From contig JAEDMJ010000001.1 in NCBI GenBank assembly GCA_016303065.1, positions 24,835 to 88,834 of the forward strand: a stretch of 64,000 nucleotides of DNA. Reading direction: 5' to 3'. Source of the stretch: Clostridiales bacterium (lineage in GTDB: Bacteria; Bacillota; Clostridia; Oscillospirales; QAMX01). The notes below the pieces were generated by a model that was not told where the DNA came from, made no database searches, and saw only the letters and a list, made by a program, of their open reading frames with translations. Positions 28,353-36,696 of the stretch are shown one piece after another; the first letter of the stretch is position 1, and the number at the start of each line of letters is the position of its first letter. The translations under genes were made by a program, and so were the position numbers.

Positions 28353-28529
28353 AATATGTATCTTTCCCTTCCCGATCCGACATACGCGGATTTTTTTCTG
28401 CAAATATTTTACCACACTCCCTCCGGCAAAACAAGCCCGCGCAAACATATTTTCGCGGGACTTATTGAAAAGTTTCCGTCTCTGTGCTATAATCAACAAA
28501 ATCCACAAAAGATAACCGGAGGAAAAGAC

Positions 28530-29468
28530 ATGTCAGTCAGGATATACGAAAAAGAATACGCCCCATTCGGAAAAGTTCTCGCCATGGAAAACGATTTCGT
28601 CGAGCTCTGTGTCACGCTTGACGTCGGCCCCCGAATCATCCGCTTCGCCCAGCGCGGCGGTGAAAACTTCATGTTTGAAGACCGTGACGCAAGCGTTGTC
28701 AACCGCGGAGAGAAATACGACAGCTATTACGGCGAAAACGCCTATTGGCGGACCTACGGCGGACACCGCATATGGCTCACTCCGGAAATCGAGCCCAACA
28801 CCTATTACCCCGACAACGACCCCGTCGAATATTCCGTCAGCGGAAACAGCGTCACCTTCACTCCCCCGGAACAGGACGCAAACCAGGTCCTCGAGACTCT
28901 CACAGTAACGCTTGAAGAAAACGACGGAGTCGCCCAGGTCACAGCCACCGCCACAAACACCGCCGACGTTCCCCAGACCTTCGGTCTGTGGCAGATCTCC
29001 GTCATGTGCCCGAACGGTCTCGGCATTTTCCCCCAGAACACCCGCGACGCCGGACTTCTCCACAACCGCACTCTCTCCCTCTGGAGCTACGCCGATATGT
29101 CCGACCCCAGAGTCTGCTGGGGAAAGAACCTCATCTCTGTCCGCCAGGATCCCTCCGTTGACCGTGCTTTCAAGATCGGCGCGCCCAACGAGCGCGGCTG
29201 GCTGGCGTACCTTTGCCACAACGCGCTGTTCGTAAAGCGCTTCCCCTACTTTGCCGGTTCCGCATATCCGGACGACGGCTGCAACGGAGAGCTCTACACC
29301 AACGCAAAATTCCTGGAGATCGAAAGCCTTTCAAAGCTCGCCCCCGTAAACCCCGGCGACACGCTCTGCGCCACAGAAGTCTGGAGCATCACCCCGGACG
29401 TCGCTCCGGTCTGCGGCAAGGACATGGCCGCCCTTGAAAAGCTCGTGGCAGATTACATCGAGGAATAA
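28530..29468 (+). CDS. Hypothetical protein (313 aa), no recognisable family (beta-sandwich/mutarotase-like is only a guess)
   Basis: GGAGG ribosome-binding site at 28516 and ATG at 28530. Coding-like codon bias. The stop is 2 nt before the start of the HisA-like gene. The 5' part of the long ORF 27456.. is antisense to mscS and was trimmed. Confidence 0.55.
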   Translation: MSVRIYEKEYAPFGKVLAMENDFVELCVTLDVGPRIIRFAQRGGENFMFEDRDASVVNRGEKYDSYYGENAYWRTYGGHRIWLTPEIEPNTYYPDNDPVEYSVSGNSVTFTPPEQDANQVLETLTVTLEENDGVAQVTATATNTADVPQTFGLWQISVMCPNGLGIFPQNTRDAGLLHNRTLSLWSYADMSDPRVCWGKNLISVRQDPSVDRAFKIGAPNERGWLAYLCHNALFVKRFPYFAGSAYPDDGCNGELYTNAKFLEIESLSKLAPVNPGDTLCATEVWSITPDVAPVCGKDMAALEKLVADYIEE

Positions 29469-29470
29469 AA

Positions 29471-30223
29471 ATGCTTTTCCGCCCGTGCATCGATCTTCAC
29501 GGAGGCAAAGTCAAGCAGATAGTCGGTTCAACGCTTGAAACCGGCAGTCTTCGCGAGAACTTTGTGTCCGAAAAGCCCCCGGAATACTATGCCCGGCTTT
29601 TCGCTTCCCTCGGTCTGTCCGGCGGACACGTGGTCATGCTCGGCCCCGGAAACACCGAAGCGGCCCTTTCGGCCCTGCGCGCATACCCCGGCGGAATGTC
29701 CGTGGGAGGCGGCATAAGCGAAAAAAACGCTGCGCTCTTTCTCGAAAACGGAGCAAGCCAGGTCATCGTGACGTCGGCGCTTTTTCCCAACAGCCGCCTC
29801 GACATGGCGCGGGCCGCCCAACTCTCAAAAGCAATCGGCCCGGACAAGCTCATTTTCGACCTGAGCTGCGTTTCGTCGGAGGACGGCTGCCGCATTGCCT
29901 GCGACCGCTGGCGCACCGTCACGGACGATTTTCTGACGACGGAGCTTCTTGCTGCCCTTGAACCCCTGTGCGCCGAGTTTCTCGTCCATGCCGTCGCAAG
30001 CGAAGGAAAGCGCGCAGGCGCCGATATGCGCGTTGCGGAAATCCTCACAGATTACGCTTCCCGGCCGCATCCGCGCCCGGTCACTTATGCCGGAGGGCTC
30101 TCCTCCGCCGGGGACGTCTCCGGCTTTCTTCTCCGGACCGAAAGGAAAGTCTGCTTCACGGTCGGAAGCGCTCTCGACATCTACGGCGGAAGTATTTCCC
30201 TGGCCGAACTGTCCCTACTCTGA
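29471..30223 (+). CDS. Eukaryotic-type (His6/TIGR02129-like) HisA: ProFAR isomerase, (beta/alpha)8-barrel
   Basis: CIDLHGGKVKQIVGSTL, VGGGISEKN, VIVTSALF, EFLVHAVASEG, YAGG and GSALDIYGG align block by block with yeast His6 / plant HISN3 rather than with bacterial HisA. 250 aa. Confidence 0.75.
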   Translation: MLFRPCIDLHGGKVKQIVGSTLETGSLRENFVSEKPPEYYARLFASLGLSGGHVVMLGPGNTEAALSALRAYPGGMSVGGGISEKNAALFLENGASQVIVTSALFPNSRLDMARAAQLSKAIGPDKLIFDLSCVSSEDGCRIACDRWRTVTDDFLTTELLAALEPLCAEFLVHAVASEGKRAGADMRVAEILTDYASRPHPRPVTYAGGLSSAGDVSGFLLRTERKVCFTVGSALDIYGGSISLAELSLL

Positions 30224-30249
30224 ATTCACAAATTCTTTATTTTATACAG

Positions 30250-30278
30250 TTGCCTTTTTGTAGAAAATGTGCTACAAT
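30250..30278 (+). promoter_or_regulatory. Sigma-A-like promoter with extended -10 for the mini-ATPase gene
   Basis: TTGCCT, 17-nt spacer, TGcTACAAT (30270..30278). Confidence 0.45.
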
Positions 30279-30319
30279 AATTTCGTACCCGGAAATTACA
30301 ATGTTTGGGGGAGATCATC

Positions 30320-30730
30320 ATGATAAAGTGTATAGTCGGTCTTAAAGGCCACGGAAAAACCAAGCAGCTCATCGCAATGGTCAATGAAGCCGCCGAGAAT
30401 GAAAGCGGAAGCCTCATCTGCATCGAGAAGAGCCCGAAGCTCACCTACGACATAAACCACAAGTGCCGTCTCATCGACACGGTGGATTACAGGGTTTCCG
30501 GCTTTGAAAGCTTCTACGGTTTTCTGTGCGGACTCTATTCCCAGAACTACGACATTACTTCAGTCTTTATCGACAGTCTCTATAAAATAACCGACGACTC
30601 CGACGCAGAGCACTCCCGTGAGTTTTTTGAAAAGCTTGAGTATCTCGCCGACCGCACCGGCATCAACTTCACCATCACCATCAGCGCAGAAGTTGACGAG
30701 CTTCCGGAGATCGCAAAGAAATACATCTGA
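30320..30730 (+). CDS. Minimal RecA/KaiC-superfamily P-loop NTPase-like protein (136 aa)
   Basis: Walker A GLKGHGKTKQ (GxxxxGKT followed by Q, as in RecA/KaiC) and Walker B hhhhDS (SVFIDSL). GGGGGAG ribosome-binding site 6 nt upstream of the ATG at 30320. Confidence 0.55.
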   Translation: MIKCIVGLKGHGKTKQLIAMVNEAAENESGSLICIEKSPKLTYDINHKCRLIDTVDYRVSGFESFYGFLCGLYSQNYDITSVFIDSLYKITDDSDAEHSREFFEKLEYLADRTGINFTITISAEVDELPEIAKKYI

Positions 30731-30798
30731 GCCCGTTTTGTCCGGCGGACGCAGTTCACAGGATACTTCCTTTGAACTGCGTCCGTTTTTGTTTCAGA

Positions 30799-30836
30799 AA
30801 AGCGTCCCCCGGCCATTTGCGGGGAACGCTTTTTTC
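30799..30836. terminator. Bidirectional terminator between the convergent mini-ATPase and DUF1540 genes
   Basis: AGCGTCCCC...GGGGAACGCT stem followed by TTTTTT; an A-run on the other side. Confidence 0.55.
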
Positions 30837-30850
30837 CGGCGGAAATTTTC

Positions 30851-31174
30851 TCAGCGCTGTTTTCTTGCCCGAAAGCTTCCGCACTCCGTGCATTCGCAGG
30901 AGCCGGAGCCTCCGCCGCAGATGCTGACCCTTTCGGCGCGGCACCTTCCCGATTCGTTGTGGACGCAGTTTTCAACGTCGCAGCTTATCTCAGTGGCGGA
31001 GGAAGCGCTTCCGTAAAGACTGTTGTGAAAGCCGCCGCGGCTTTCGGAGAAAGAGGTGCAGCAGGTTTCCCCGCAGGAGGACGCGCATTCCCCGGAAACA
31101 TGGATCCCGTTCCGGCTGCACTTTTCTCCGCAGTTGCTTATGCAGTTGCGGACACTGCATTTCAGATCGTTCAT
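30851..31174 (-). CDS. DUF1540-family cysteine-rich small protein (107 aa)
   Basis: Repeated CxVxNCxxN units (CSVRNCISNCGEKC, CDVENCVHNESGRC) and 19 Cys. GGAAGGA ribosome-binding site upstream of the ATG at 31172..31174. The longer ORF to 31405 has no support. Confidence 0.65.
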   Translation of the reverse strand: MNDLKCSVRNCISNCGEKCSRNGIHVSGECASSCGETCCTSFSESRGGFHNSLYGSASSATEISCDVENCVHNESGRCRAERVSICGGGSGSCECTECGSFRARKQR

Positions 31175-31292
31175 TTTGCCAATCCTTCCGAAAAAAAATA
31201 AAAAATTATTCCGCGGGGCAAAGCTCCCGCGGAATATAGCATTTTCAGAAAGTGCGCTTTTTATTTTTACTTTTTGTGGAAAAGCCAGGTTT

Positions 31293-32708
31293 TCAGGCGT
31301 TTTTTTCCTCTTTTGAATTTTCCGCTTCTTCGGTCTTTCCGCCCTCCGGCGCGGCTTTTTTGCCCAGGTATTCCGGAAGCTCAAGTCCCGCCATTGCAAA
31401 AACATCCTGAAGCGGGGGAATGGACTTCAAAAGCGAAGAGGCGAAGTTCGCAGTGGAGCTTGAGCCGTCCTTCGAGCCGCCGTCCCAAACCGTGATCTTG
31501 TCGAATTTGAGGTTGCTGATCGCGGAAACCTGAATCTTCACCAGCTCTTCCAGCTTGTCGGCGACCATAAGCCTGACCGCCTCGGAAGGATTTCCGCCCG
31601 CCGCGTTCACGATCTCCGCAAGACCGTTCGCCTGTTTCAGAAGCTGCGCTTCGATGCCGCGGGCTTCGGCTTCCATTTTGGCGTATATGGCTTCCGCTTC
31701 GCCGCGGGCTTTGATCTTGAGGCGTTCGGCTTCCGCCGCCGCTTCGATCTCGATCTTGCGGCGTTCAATCTCGGTTTTGACCAGAATGTCCGCCTCAAGT
31801 GTCGCCTGCTCCTTGTCGGCACGGGCGATTTCCGCCGCCTTTTCCGCGTTGTAGGCGTCGTGAAGGGCGTTTGCCGCGGCGATTTTTTCCGCCGCAGTGG
31901 CTCTGCGGAGAGCGTCGGCCTCAACCTCGCGGCGCGTGGCGTTGGACTGCGAGATGTCCGCCATGGCCTTGTTTTCGCCCTGGATCGCCTGGGCGTTCGC
32001 ATCGGAAACCCGGATGCGCTGGTCCATTTTCGCATTTGCCTCGCCGATTGCGCCGTCGCGGTCCTTTTCCGCAACGGAACGCTTGGCGTCGTTGATCGCC
32101 TTTGCGGCGGCCTCTTTGCCCAGGGCGTCGATATAGCCCGACTCGTCGTTTATGTCGGTCACGTTGACGTTGATAAGTCGAAGGCCGATCTTTTTAAGCT
32201 CCGTCTCCACGTTTCCGGAAACGGCAAGCAGGAATTTGTCCCTGTCGGCGTTTATCTCTTCGATGTCCATGGTCGCAATGACCAGACGAAGCTGACCGAG
32301 GATGATATCCTTTGCAAGCTCCTGGATTTCGTTGAGCCTGAGGCCGAGAAGACGCTCCGCGGCGTTCTGCATGATCGCCTGCTCCGTTGAAATTCCAACC
32401 GTAAAGCGCGAGGGAACGTCGATTCTGATATTCTGCCTGGACAGCGCGTTTCTGAGGTCCACGCTTATGGAAATCGGCGTCAGGTCAAGATACTGATACG
32501 ACTGGAACACAGGCCACACAAAAGACGCGCCGCCGTGGATGCAGCGTGCGGAGCGGCTCGTTCCGTCGCTGTTTGAGCCGACCTTGCCGTAAATGACCAT
32601 GATCTTGTCGGACGGACATTTGCGGAAGCGTGAAACAATGAGGATGAGCAGCATGAACAGGAAAAGCGCCGCTGCCACACCGAGCACAAGCACGAAGGGA
32701 TTGTCCAT
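31293..32708 (-). CDS. Flotillin-like SPFH/band-7 protein
   Basis: N-terminal TM helix, SPFH domain, and a long Ala/Glu-rich coiled coil (EAERLKIKARGEAEAIYAKMEAEARG). 471 aa. AAGGAG ribosome-binding site. Confidence 0.88.
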   Translation of the reverse strand: MDNPFVLVLGVAAALFLFMLLILIVSRFRKCPSDKIMVIYGKVGSNSDGTSRSARCIHGGASFVWPVFQSYQYLDLTPISISVDLRNALSRQNIRIDVPSRFTVGISTEQAIMQNAAERLLGLRLNEIQELAKDIILGQLRLVIATMDIEEINADRDKFLLAVSGNVETELKKIGLRLINVNVTDINDESGYIDALGKEAAAKAINDAKRSVAEKDRDGAIGEANAKMDQRIRVSDANAQAIQGENKAMADISQSNATRREVEADALRRATAAEKIAAANALHDAYNAEKAAEIARADKEQATLEADILVKTEIERRKIEIEAAAEAERLKIKARGEAEAIYAKMEAEARGIEAQLLKQANGLAEIVNAAGGNPSEAVRLMVADKLEELVKIQVSAISNLKFDKITVWDGGSKDGSSSTANFASSLLKSIPPLQDVFAMAGLELPEYLGKKAAPEGGKTEEAENSKEEKNA

Positions 32709-32732
32709 TTTATTTTCTCCTTATAGTTTTTT

Positions 32733-33398
32733 TTACTCTTTGCTCTTTTCCGGCGCAGGGTCTCCGGATGCCGGAGCCACGAGCACCGCATTACCCAGGA
32801 CAAGCGTCACGACGACTTTTTCCCCGGTCTTAATAAAACCAGGTTCGTCGCTCAGCGCATCGATTTCGCAGAGCTTCCCCTGAAGCTCAAGGTTGATCTT
32901 TCCTCCGACGATCCGCTGCGGAGGGATCGGGACGTAGACCTCCCCCACAAGTCCGACAGCGTTTGAAAGGTTGACGCTCCCGCTCTCCTGAAGGCGCATT
33001 GCAAGCTTCATTGCCAGAGCAAAAAGCAAGTCCGCCGCCGCTCCGGCTCCGATCCCCGCAAGCGCCGCCCACACCGGACGGGCCGACATGCTTACGGCCA
33101 GCGCGGTCCAGCCGCCGATCACAAAAAAGGCGACTATGCCGCGGAACGTGAAAAGCTTCAGCCCTCCGATCGTTCCGAAAGCTGCCCGCATCCCGCCGGA
33201 ATCCTGAAGCTCGCCGCCGTCCGGAAGCTCCGTATCGTCCGGAACACCGTCCCCGTCCACGTCGACATCCGTGTCTCCGCCGGAACCGCCGAGACCGAAA
33301 GTCTGCATGACGAACTGGATAAACAAAAGTACGGTAAAGGGCAGCGCTATCAGAAGAACTATCCGCTGGAACAGCGTCAGCGTTTCCCAAAACTCCAA
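32733..33398 (-). CDS. NfeD-family membrane protein (flotillin partner)
   Basis: Membrane helices plus a C-terminal OB-fold-like segment (VGEVYVPIPPQRIVGGKINLELQGKLCEIDA). Sits immediately upstream of the flotillin gene, the canonical NfeD-SPFH arrangement. Confidence 0.75.
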   Translation of the reverse strand: MEFWETLTLFQRIVLLIALPFTVLLFIQFVMQTFGLGGSGGDTDVDVDGDGVPDDTELPDGGELQDSGGMRAAFGTIGGLKLFTFRGIVAFFVIGGWTALAVSMSARPVWAALAGIGAGAAADLLFALAMKLAMRLQESGSVNLSNAVGLVGEVYVPIPPQRIVGGKINLELQGKLCEIDALSDEPGFIKTGEKVVVTLVLGNAVLVAPASGDPAPEKSKE

Positions 33399-33563
33399 GT
33401 CTTATCCACCTCCCGTTAAGCGTTCACGCTTTGTCGTTCCGTATGTCAATATTATAGCATATTCGGAAGTTTTTATCGAATTTCCCCCGTCATCCCCCCG
33501 TTTCAGGGCAAGTCGGCTGGAATTCAATTTCAAAACCTCCTCACCGGATCTTTCGTTTTCAAA

Positions 33564-34505
33564 TTATTTCGCCGTTTTTTCAAGGTTTGCTTCAAATTCG
33601 TCGCCGTGCAGACCCATCAGGCCCGCCGCGGAGATGAGCGCGCCGTATTCCGGCTTCAGCTTCGCCGGGTATAACTTTGCGCCCGGACAGAGTTTTTTGA
33701 AATGCTCCGCGAAACGGCGGTTGTATATACCCGAGTGCTCAAAAACTCCGCCGTAGGTGTACGTCGGGAGCACGCCGGTTTCCTGCATGATTGCTCTGGC
33801 GACAAAGGCCATGCTCTCTGCCGCTTCGTCCAGAATGCGGACGGATACCCCGTCGCCGTTCTCCGCGCCCAGGTCGGCAAGCCTTGCCGCCGCCGCCAGG
33901 TTTGACGGGGCAAAACCTTCCGAGTATATGATGGGGATGATCTCTCTCAGGCTCTCGACGCCGAACCACTCGGTCACAAGCTCTCTCAGAACCGTGGGTT
34001 CTCCGCCTTCCGCGGCGCGGACTGCGGCGCGCACGACGCGGTTTCCGATGTCGAACCCGCTTCCCTCGTCGTTCAGGAGATATCCCCAGCCGCCGGCGGA
34101 GTATTCCCTGCCCGCCTCGTCCACCGCGGCGCCCATTGCGCCGGTGCCGCTGATGAGTATGATCCCGGCGTCTCCGCCCGCCGCGCCCAAAAGAGCCATA
34201 TGCGCGTCGGAATGGAGATATGTGCGGCTGGGCTCAAACCTGTCCCCGCAGAACTGCAGCAGCACGCTCTCCTCCGCTTCCGCGTCCAGAGCGCTCATGC
34301 CCACGGCGATACAGTCGTACCAGTCGGCCCCCGCCGCGTCAAGCAGCCGGTCCACGCCGTCCGCAAGCGCTTCCCTTGCGGCGTACATTCCAACCGCGTT
34401 GAAATTTATTCCACCGCATTCGGCACGGGCGACCACGTTTCCCTTTCCGTCGCAGGCGGCAAGCCTGCTGTGCGTTCCGCCGCCGTCAACACCAATAAGC
34501 AGCAT
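33564..34505 (-). CDS. BadF/BadG/BcrA/BcrD-type ATPase family protein (N-acetylglucosamine-kinase-like sugar kinase)
   Basis: LLIGVDGGGTHSR...ISGTGAMG ASKHA kinase motifs. No Fe-S cysteines. 313 aa. AAGGAG ribosome-binding site. Confidence 0.75.
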   Translation of the reverse strand: MLLIGVDGGGTHSRLAACDGKGNVVARAECGGINFNAVGMYAAREALADGVDRLLDAAGADWYDCIAVGMSALDAEAEESVLLQFCGDRFEPSRTYLHSDAHMALLGAAGGDAGIILISGTGAMGAAVDEAGREYSAGGWGYLLNDEGSGFDIGNRVVRAAVRAAEGGEPTVLRELVTEWFGVESLREIIPIIYSEGFAPSNLAAAARLADLGAENGDGVSVRILDEAAESMAFVARAIMQETGVLPTYTYGGVFEHSGIYNRRFAEHFKKLCPGAKLYPAKLKPEYGALISAAGLMGLHGDEFEANLEKTAK

Positions 34506-34530
34506 AATCCCTTGCTCCTTTTCTCTTTAT

Positions 34531-35337
34531 TCAGGCTTTTGAAAGCTCTTTTTCCAGCTCCGCCACCGACGGAAACACAAAGTCCGCCCAGACGTCGCTC
34601 TGGGAGGCATATTCCTCTTCCGAAGTTTCCCCCGACAGCACCAGCACCGCGGTCAGTCCGGCGCGGTTTGCAAATGCAATGTCCGTATAAAGCCGGTCCC
34701 CGACCATTGCGGTCTTTTCTGGGGCGATGCCGTACCTTGCAAAAGCCGCCCGTGCCATGGCGCTCTCCGGCTTTCCCGCGACCCGGGGCGAAACGCCGGT
34801 CGCCTTTTCAAACATGGCTGTCATCGCGCCCGCGTCGGGTACGGAGCCCTTATCCGTCGGACACAGCAGGTCCGGATGCGTGGCAAAGAAAGGCACGCCC
34901 TGTCTTATGAAAGCGCAGGCCACGCGGATCTTGTCATAGGTAAGCGTCGTGTCAAACCCCAAAAGCACAAAATCCGCTTTTTCTCCCTCTTTTGAAAGCC
35001 GGAAGCCGTGCGAGCGCATCAGGTCTTCCAGCGCCGGCGTTCCGAGCACAAAGCCGGAGGCTCCGGCGCCGAATCTCTGCTCAAGAAGCTGCGCCGCGGC
35101 GTCTCCCGAAGTGAAGACGTCCTCTTCCCCGGCCTCGATCCCAAGACGGCAAAGCTTTTCCGCGTACAGGCGCGGGGACTTTGAGGAATTGTTTGTGAGA
35201 AAAATGTATCTTCCGCCGCGGTTTCGCACGGTTTCAAGAAATTCAAGAGTTCCCGGTATAAGCTTTTCCCCGAGATATATCGTCCCGTCCATATCCAAAA
35301 GCCAGTTTTCAATTTTTCCGATATCCGAAACAGCCAT
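34531..35337 (-). CDS. HAD-IIA family sugar-phosphatase (NagD/AraL-like)
   Basis: LLDMDGTIY motif I, FLTNNSS motif II, GDRLYTDIAFANRAG motif IV. 268 aa. Confidence 0.8.
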   Translation of the reverse strand: MAVSDIGKIENWLLDMDGTIYLGEKLIPGTLEFLETVRNRGGRYIFLTNNSSKSPRLYAEKLCRLGIEAGEEDVFTSGDAAAQLLEQRFGAGASGFVLGTPALEDLMRSHGFRLSKEGEKADFVLLGFDTTLTYDKIRVACAFIRQGVPFFATHPDLLCPTDKGSVPDAGAMTAMFEKATGVSPRVAGKPESAMARAAFARYGIAPEKTAMVGDRLYTDIAFANRAGLTAVLVLSGETSEEEYASQSDVWADFVFPSVAELEKELSKA

Positions 35338-35339
35338 AA

Positions 35340-36614
35340 TTACCCCCTGTTATCCTCCGTATCCAGCATATCCGTAAGTCTCATCACGGTGATCCTTCTT
35401 CGGACATACCTTGCGTATTTTTTCGCCTGGGTCACAAGCTCTTCCGGGATCCCGCACTCTTCGGCCGTCGCCGCGCCTCCGGCGCGGCGCAGAAGCGCCC
35501 GTATCTCTTCCCCGGACGGCACTGCGCCAAGAACCTTTCTTATCATTCCCCAGTTTTTCTCAACCGCCCCGCCGGGCACGGCGTCAAGGGGATCCGGCTC
35601 GTTTTCCCGGAGCACCTCGGGCCAGAGACGTCCGTATACGCCCGAAAGCGTCTCCGTGTCCAAAGCGCGTCGCTTTTCTTTTACCGACTTGAGCCGGCTC
35701 AGTCCGCGGTACATATCGGCAACGATCCCCGCCGCAGCTCCGACTTTTTTTCCGTGATAGATGCCCGGCAAATTTCTGAGCTCATACTGCATCTCCCAAA
35801 AATGCGCCAGGTGGTGCTCCGCACCGGACGCCGGGCGGGAACAGCCGCAAAGCTGCATGGCAAGGCCGGAGATGACCAGCGCTTCCATGAGCGCCGCGGC
35901 GTATTCTTTTGAATCGAAATCGCCCGCGCGCGCAAGCTCCGCCGCGCGTTCCACCGCCCCGAGGGTGAGCGCCGCCACGTTTTCACAGAAATACTCTCCC
36001 GTCAGGGCGGAAGCGACGACCCAGTCGGCGTATGCCGTGTATTTTCCGAGAAGATCCCCAAGCCCCGCCGCTTTCAGCTCCGCGGGGCTTTTTCTGAGAA
36101 CCTCCGTGTCCGCGGCAATGACGTCCGGCGGAACCGCCGGAAAGGTGCGCTTGAAGCCGTTCACGGTTATCGGCGCAACGCCGGAGGCAAATCCGTCCAT
36201 TGACGGAGCGGTCGCCAGAATGGCAAAAGGTATCCGGAGCTTCGCCGCGTTCCAGCGGCAGATATCGTTCAAAGACCCGGTCCCCACGGAGAGGATCGCC
36301 CGGCTTTCGGTCCTCTCAACGTCGCGTCCGACGGCCTCTGCGGACGCCATGTCCGAAAGCTTCAGGTCTTCAAAGACCGTCATTCCGACGTCAAAGTTCT
36401 CCCCGGCCAGCGATTCCACGACGCCTTCCGACGCGCCGAGGGTGTTCCGGTCGCAAACCAGCAGTATTTTTTTCGGGAAGCCGCATTCGGAAAGTATCTT
36501 TCCCATACGCCGCGTCACGCCTTCGGATATCTCTATCCGTTTTACGGTGAACCAGTGCTTTCTTCCGCACCGGCAGTTTTCAAGTGAAGCGGCAAGCTTT
36601 TCAAGCCCGATCAC
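35340..36614 (-). CDS. sn-Glycerol-1-phosphate dehydrogenase (AraM/EgsA family, iron-containing ADH fold)
   Basis: DHQS/ADH-like motifs (GSLNDICR, PSMDGFAS, HHLAHFWE) typical of G1PDH/AraM. GTG start at 36612..36614; a downstream ATG is an alternative. Confidence 0.7.
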   Translation of the reverse strand: MIGLEKLAASLENCRCGRKHWFTVKRIEISEGVTRRMGKILSECGFPKKILLVCDRNTLGASEGVVESLAGENFDVGMTVFEDLKLSDMASAEAVGRDVERTESRAILSVGTGSLNDICRWNAAKLRIPFAILATAPSMDGFASGVAPITVNGFKRTFPAVPPDVIAADTEVLRKSPAELKAAGLGDLLGKYTAYADWVVASALTGEYFCENVAALTLGAVERAAELARAGDFDSKEYAAALMEALVISGLAMQLCGCSRPASGAEHHLAHFWEMQYELRNLPGIYHGKKVGAAAGIVADMYRGLSRLKSVKEKRRALDTETLSGVYGRLWPEVLRENEPDPLDAVPGGAVEKNWGMIRKVLGAVPSGEEIRALLRRAGGAATAEECGIPEELVTQAKKYARYVRRRITVMRLTDMLDTEDNRG

Positions 36615-36696
36615 CTTTTCGCCCGCCTTTCTTTCTCATCTTCTGCACATATGCCGCGGAAAAAGCTCCGCGGCATATATGATATGGGTAATTTGT

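Noticed and set aside
27456-28529. 5' portion of the 670-aa plus-strand ORF 27456..29468
   Set aside because: Antisense to the MscS gene. The real gene begins at the ATG at 28530, preceded by GGAGG.
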